Shown: piece by piece, positions 52,004 through 55,921 of the stretch
Numbering within the stretch: the first letter of the stretch is position 1
Layout of the letters: each line of letters opens with the position of its first letter
DNA from: Candidatus Limivicinus sp.
GTDB taxonomy: Bacteria > Bacillota > Clostridia > Oscillospirales > Oscillospiraceae
Direction of reading: 5' to 3'
Length of the DNA: 55,921 nt
Assembly: GCA_045222695.1 (NCBI GenBank)
Contig: JBGUZD010000128.1
Location: 1 to 55,921, forward strand
Translations under genes and position numbers: made by a program
The notes under the pieces: generated by a model
The model's database searches: none
Told to the model about the DNA's origin: nothing
The model's input: the letters and a program-made list of their open reading frames with translations, nothing else

Positions 52004-53203
52004 ATGTCCAAGGTCACACCGCCCAAATACGTCAAACAGGTGCTCGTCACGCTTCAGTCGCGCGGCTATCTCGCCTATCTCGTCGGAGGCTGCGTGCGGG
52101 ATATGATCCTCGGCGTCCACCCGCAGGACTGGGATATCTGCACCAGCGCCCTGCCGGAGCAGGTGCGGGAGCTTTTCCCGCGCACGCTCACGGTCGGCAT
52201 CCGGCACGGCACGGTCACGGTGTTGATCAACTCCCACGCCGTCGAGGTCACGACCTTCCGCAGCGACGGCAGCTACGCCGACCACCGCCATCCCGAGGCC
52301 GTCAGCTTCGTCGGCGACCTGACCTCGGATCTGGCGCGGCGGGATTTTACGATGAACGCGATCGCCCTGCCGCCGGACGGCCTTGTGGTCGATCCCTTCG
52401 GAGGCATCGAGGATATCCGCAAGGGCGTTATCCGCTGCGTGGGCGAGCCGGCGCGACGCTTTGAAGAGGACGCGCTGCGCATGTTCCGCGCGTTGCGCTT
52501 CTCCGCGCGCCTCGGCTTCGGGGTAGAGGAGGAGACGCTCTCCGCGATCTACGACAAAGCGCCGCTCGCCGCGGCGCTCTCGCCGGAGCGCGTGCGCGAC
52601 GAGGTCGAAAAAATGCTGCTGACGAACCGTCCGCAGATCCTGCTGACGGTGATCGAGGCGGGACTGCTCGACCGCTATCTGCTCCCGCGCCGGGAGGACG
52701 ACCCGGTCTCGGAGCTGATCCGTCTCACGGCGCTGCCGAAGAAGGCGCTGCCGCGCTGGGCGGGCCTTTGCGCCGTGCTCGAGCGGCACGGCCTGATCCG
52801 CTCGGCGCGCGATTTTCTGAGCGCGCTGCGTCTCGACGGACGCACGCAGCGCTGCTGCTCCGACTGCTGCGATCTGCTGCGCACCGAGCCGCCGAAGACG
52901 ACGAAGGAGTGGAAACAGCTCCTCAACCGCTACGGCGTGGACACGGCGACCTGCGCCGCCCAGTGCAGCGACGCGCTGCAGAGCCGCCGCTGCTGCGAAG
53001 CCCTGCGCGCCGTCCTCAAAAGCGGCGAATGCTTCTCCGTACGGCATCTCGCCGTCACCGGAGACGATCTGGTGGAGCTTGGCCTGCGCGGGAAGGAGCT
53101 CGGCGAGATGCTGAACTTCCTGCTCGAATATGTGATGGACTATCCCGAAAACAACCGCCGCGAGCTGCTGCTGCAGCTGGTGCGCGGCACGGAGGAGAAC
53201 TGA
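52004..53203 (+). CDS. cca: CCA-adding tRNA nucleotidyltransferase / poly(A) polymerase family protein
   Basis: YLVGGCVRDMILG, DWDICT and RRDFTMNA. Confidence 0.85.
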   Translation: MSKVTPPKYVKQVLVTLQSRGYLAYLVGGCVRDMILGVHPQDWDICTSALPEQVRELFPRTLTVGIRHGTVTVLINSHAVEVTTFRSDGSYADHRHPEAVSFVGDLTSDLARRDFTMNAIALPPDGLVVDPFGGIEDIRKGVIRCVGEPARRFEEDALRMFRALRFSARLGFGVEEETLSAIYDKAPLAAALSPERVRDEVEKMLLTNRPQILLTVIEAGLLDRYLLPRREDDPVSELIRLTALPKKALPRWAGLCAVLERHGLIRSARDFLSALRLDGRTQRCCSDCCDLLRTEPPKTTKEWKQLLNRYGVDTATCAAQCSDALQSRRCCEALRAVLKSGECFSVRHLAVTGDDLVELGLRGKELGEMLNFLLEYVMDYPENNRRELLLQLVRGTEEN

Positions 53204-53204
53204 C

Positions 53205-53777
53205 GTGAGCGAAGAAATGAAAAAGCTGGAGGCGCGCTGCGCGCTCTGCGGGAACTGCCCCCTCGGCGCGACGCGGACAAAGCTCGTCTTCGGCGTGGGT
53301 AAGGCGCCGAGCGAGCTGATGCTCATCGGCGAGGGCCCCGGCGAGCAGGAAGACCTGCAGGGCGAGCCCTTCGTCGGCCCGGCCGGCAAGCTGCTCGATG
53401 ACATGCTGGAGATGATCGGTCTGGACCGGACGCGCATCTACATCGCCAACACCGTCAAATGCCGCCCGCCGATGAACCGGGACCCGGCCCAGGAGGAGAT
53501 GGACGCCTGCCGCCCCTGGCTCGAAGAGCAGATCCGGCTCGTGCGCCCGAAGATCATCGTCTGCCTGGGGCGCATCGCCGCGGGCGAGCTGATCAAAAAG
53601 GACTTCCGCATCACGCGCGAGCACGGCCAGTGGTTTGACGTCAACGGGATCAGAACGATGGCGATCTACCACCCCTCGGCCCTGCTGCGCGACGTATCCA
53701 AGCGGCCCGAGACCTTTGCGGACCTGCGCGAGCTGCGCCGCGTCCTGCGCCGGGACACCACACTCTACGAAGAATAA
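53205..53777 (+). CDS. uracil-DNA glycosylase, family 4
   Basis: CALCGNC is the Fe-S cysteine motif. Also GEGPGEQEDLQGEPFVGPAGKLL and HPSALLR. Confidence 0.9.
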   Translation: MSEEMKKLEARCALCGNCPLGATRTKLVFGVGKAPSELMLIGEGPGEQEDLQGEPFVGPAGKLLDDMLEMIGLDRTRIYIANTVKCRPPMNRDPAQEEMDACRPWLEEQIRLVRPKIIVCLGRIAAGELIKKDFRITREHGQWFDVNGIRTMAIYHPSALLRDVSKRPETFADLRELRRVLRRDTTLYEE

Positions 53778-53786
53778 GGAAACTCC

Positions 53787-54692
53787 ATGATAGAATTCAA
53801 GACCGTCACGCTCTGTGACAAAGACTGGGTCGACGAGATCGTCCGCGCCGAGGGAAGCCGGAGCGCGGACTACAACTTCGGCAACATTTATATCTGGGAC
53901 AGCCGTTACCGCCAGCTTATCGCCCGCGCGGGGGATCGGATGCTCACGAAGCTCCGCTATGAGGGCAAGCCGACCTTCGTTTTCCCGATCGGCACGGGGC
54001 CGCTGCGCCCCGCGATCGAGGCCCTGCGTGAATTCGCGGCTGCGAAGGGCTATTCGCCCTTCTGCCTGCGCGGCATCACCGAGGAGCACCGCACCCTTTT
54101 GGAAAGCGAATATCCCGGCTGCTTTTCCTTCACGGAGGACGTCGACAACGCCGACTACATCTATGAAGCGGAAAAGCTCGCGACCTACGCGGGAAAGGCC
54201 CTGCACGGCAAGAAAAACCACTGCAACCGCTTCGAGGCGGAGAACGACTGGCGCTTCGTTCCGCTCACGCGCGAGCTGATCCCGGGCTGCCTCGACATGC
54301 TGGACGTCTGGACGGAGGAGAACGCCGAGAGGCTGTTCCGAAGCATCGTCTACGAGCACACGGCCATCGTGCGCGCCTTCGCGGCCTTTGAAAAGCTCAG
54401 TCTCGAGGGCGGCGTGCTCTATGCCGGCGGCAGGATCGTGGGCTTCACGCTCGGCGAGATGATCAGCGAGGACACCTTCGACGTCCATTTCGAAAAAGCC
54501 GAGGGCAGCCTCAACGGCGCCTACCCGATGACCTGCCGGGAGCTCACGCGCATGCTGATGGCGAAGTACCCGAAGCTGCGCTGGATCAACCGCGAGGACG
54601 ACATGGGCATCGAGACGCTGCGCCGCTCGAAGGAGAGCTACAAGCCCGCGTATCTGCTGAAGAAATATACCGCGAGGTGGATCGGAGCATGA
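53787..54692 (+). CDS. DUF2156 protein (stand-alone homologue of the MprF/LPG-synthase C-terminal, GNAT-fold domain)
   Basis: GKALHGKKNHCNRF and the overall length and pattern are typical of DUF2156. No membrane domain is present. Confidence 0.75.
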   Translation: MIEFKTVTLCDKDWVDEIVRAEGSRSADYNFGNIYIWDSRYRQLIARAGDRMLTKLRYEGKPTFVFPIGTGPLRPAIEALREFAAAKGYSPFCLRGITEEHRTLLESEYPGCFSFTEDVDNADYIYEAEKLATYAGKALHGKKNHCNRFEAENDWRFVPLTRELIPGCLDMLDVWTEENAERLFRSIVYEHTAIVRAFAAFEKLSLEGGVLYAGGRIVGFTLGEMISEDTFDVHFEKAEGSLNGAYPMTCRELTRMLMAKYPKLRWINREDDMGIETLRRSKESYKPAYLLKKYTARWIGA

Positions 54693-55492
54693 AGGTCCGT
54701 CACTACCGAAAAGACGATATCCCCGCCATGCGCGCGCTGTGGCGGCGCGTGTTCGACGAGCGCGAGAGCTTCCTCGACGCCTTCTTCACGCTGCTGCCGG
54801 ATATAGGCGGCGCGGCCGTCGCCGAGGACGATTCCGGCGCGCTCTGCGGCGCGGCTTACGCGCTGACGGGCTACGAGCTGCTTGCTGGAGGGGAGAGCCC
54901 CCACGTCGGCTATGTCTACGCCGTAGCCGTAGACGAGCGCGAACGCGGCCGCGGCCTCGGCGCGGAGCTGACGAAAAAGGCCGCCGCGATCTGCCGCGAG
55001 CGCGAGGCCGTCATCGTCGCGACCCTGCCCGCGGAGGAAAGCCTGTATCGCTGGTATGAAAACCGCATCGGCACGACGCATGTCCTGCGGCGCGAAAGAA
55101 AGACCGCAGCGGCGCAAAAAACGGTTGACATAATGAAACTGACTGGGACGGAATACATGCTCTGGCGCGAGAACATGCTGCGCGGGAAGCCCCACATCCA
55201 TCTGTCCCATCCGATGCTGGAGGCGCAGCGCGCCCTGTGCGAGGCATACGACGGCGCTCTCTGCGCTTCGAGCGACGGCATTTTCGCCGCCTACCGCGAG
55301 GGCGATCGGCTCATTGTCCCGGAAGTACTTTGCGCGCAAGGCTTTCCGGAGGAGACCGCCGCATCGGCCGCGGCGTATTTCGGCTGCCGCGAGGCCGTCT
55401 TTTTCGTCCCTGCGGAGCAGGGCGGCGAGGCCTATGTCGCCTCCGACACGGCGCTGCCTCCCGCTACGGTCTGGAATCTCACGATGGACTGA
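54689..55492 (+). CDS. GNAT-family N-acetyltransferase
   Basis: ATGA overlap with the DUF2156 stop. VAVDERERGRGLGAELTK is the acetyl-CoA motif A (R/Q-x-x-G-x-G/A). Confidence 0.8.
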   Translation: MKVRHYRKDDIPAMRALWRRVFDERESFLDAFFTLLPDIGGAAVAEDDSGALCGAAYALTGYELLAGGESPHVGYVYAVAVDERERGRGLGAELTKKAAAICREREAVIVATLPAEESLYRWYENRIGTTHVLRRERKTAAAQKTVDIMKLTGTEYMLWRENMLRGKPHIHLSHPMLEAQRALCEAYDGALCASSDGIFAAYREGDRLIVPEVLCAQGFPEETAASAAAYFGCREAVFFVPAEQGGEAYVASDTALPPATVWNLTMD

Positions 55493-55612
55493 AAATGATT
55501 TTACATTCTTGAAACAATTTTCATCTTGTTTACGTAACATATTTTACATAAGATAGAAGCACCATCAGAGATGCCTCATCTTTTTCATTTTGTCCTCATC
55601 CATATAACAAAA

Positions 55613-55647
55613 GGGAGCAGCCAAGCTGCTCCCTTTTGTTTTTGTTT
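55613..55647. terminator. bidirectional terminator
   Basis: GGGAGCAGC caa GCTGCTCCC followed by TTTTGTTTTTGTTT, with ACAAAA on the 5' side. Confidence 0.85.
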
Positions 55648-55658
55648 ATGAGATCGCT

Positions 55659-55871
55659 TCAGTTGTTTTCGTCCTCGCCGCTCTCATCCTCGAGTTTGGC
55701 GAGCTTCTTTTTATATTCCCGCGCCGTGAGACTCAGCAGCAGGAAGCAGGCGGCAAAGACCGCGGCAAAGCAGATCACAAAGCTGGCGACAGCTTAAAAC
55801 TCCCCGTCTTTAGGCGCGCTCACATAGGGAGACCACAGGTTTTGAGCGGCACTTTTCCGCCCATGCTTCAT
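55659..55871 (-). pseudogene. 70-codon frame for a single-TM, acidic-tailed mini-protein interrupted by an in-frame TAA (55794-55796); alternatively an orphan 3' gene fragment
   Basis: Own translation: MKHGRKSAAQNLWSPYVSAPKDGEF*AVASFVICFAAVFAACFLLLSLTAREYKKKLAKLEDESGEDENN*. It is below the ORF-track length cut-off. No convincing SD precedes either the ATG or the internal GTG. Confidence 0.3.
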
Positions 55872-55873
55872 AG

Positions 55874-55910
55874 AAAAAACCGGAAATACATCAAGTATTC
55901 CCGGTTTTTT
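55874..55910. terminator. bidirectional terminator-like hairpin at the right window edge
   Basis: AAAAAACCGGAAATAC atcaa GTATTCCCGGTTTTTT, a 10-bp stem with one mismatch. Confidence 0.65.
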
Positions 55911-55921
55911 CTATTTTGCCT

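Overview
High-GC (roughly 60-65 % by eye), gene-dense chromosomal segment of a Gram-positive anaerobe. It looks Clostridia-like, judging by AGGAGG-type ribosome-binding sites, lipoboxes, a YolD/Y-family polymerase pair, CotH genes and an Etf-linked lactate dehydrogenase. No rRNA, tRNA, CRISPR array, transposase or prophage is visible. I support about 47 protein-coding genes. Most of the long ORFs in the track that lie antisense to these genes are Arg/Ala/Gly-rich shadow frames.

Core content:
- NuoE/NuoF-like flavoprotein subunits of a bifurcating hydrogenase-type complex. The NuoF-like gene runs off the left edge and is missing from the ORF track.
- A TM1266-like ACT protein with an NMT1-type ABC importer.
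- An M20 amidohydrolase with two membrane proteins.
- Glycerate kinase, pfkA, proC, murC, a CCA-adding enzyme and a family-4 uracil-DNA glycosylase.
- A lactate module: LctD-like dehydrogenase, EtfB, EtfA and LarA.
- An OmpR/histidine kinase pair and a YolD/Y-family polymerase cassette.

Best candidate for an undescribed system: a six-gene operon at 42.7-50.4 kb whose products all appear to be extracytoplasmic. It encodes an LTD-CotH kinase lipoprotein, two NAGPA-type phosphodiester glycosidases, an LRR lipoprotein and two unknown membrane proteins. A paralogous CotH lipoprotein lies 6 kb upstream.

Other notable signals:
- A 1.1 kb low-GC insert carrying a single DUF1963 gene, sitting between the two halves of a split bidirectional terminator.
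- An MMPL transporter translationally coupled to a 1024-aa GLUG-repeat surface protein.
- A resolvase-like protein without the catalytic serine region, with a palindromic operator over its own promoter.
- A guanylate-kinase paralogue lacking the P-loop lysine.
- A hairpin-dense convergent spacer bounded by a duplicated palindrome.
- A terminator-containing leader upstream of the ACT/ABC operon.

All family assignments come from motif recognition by eye. No database search was run.
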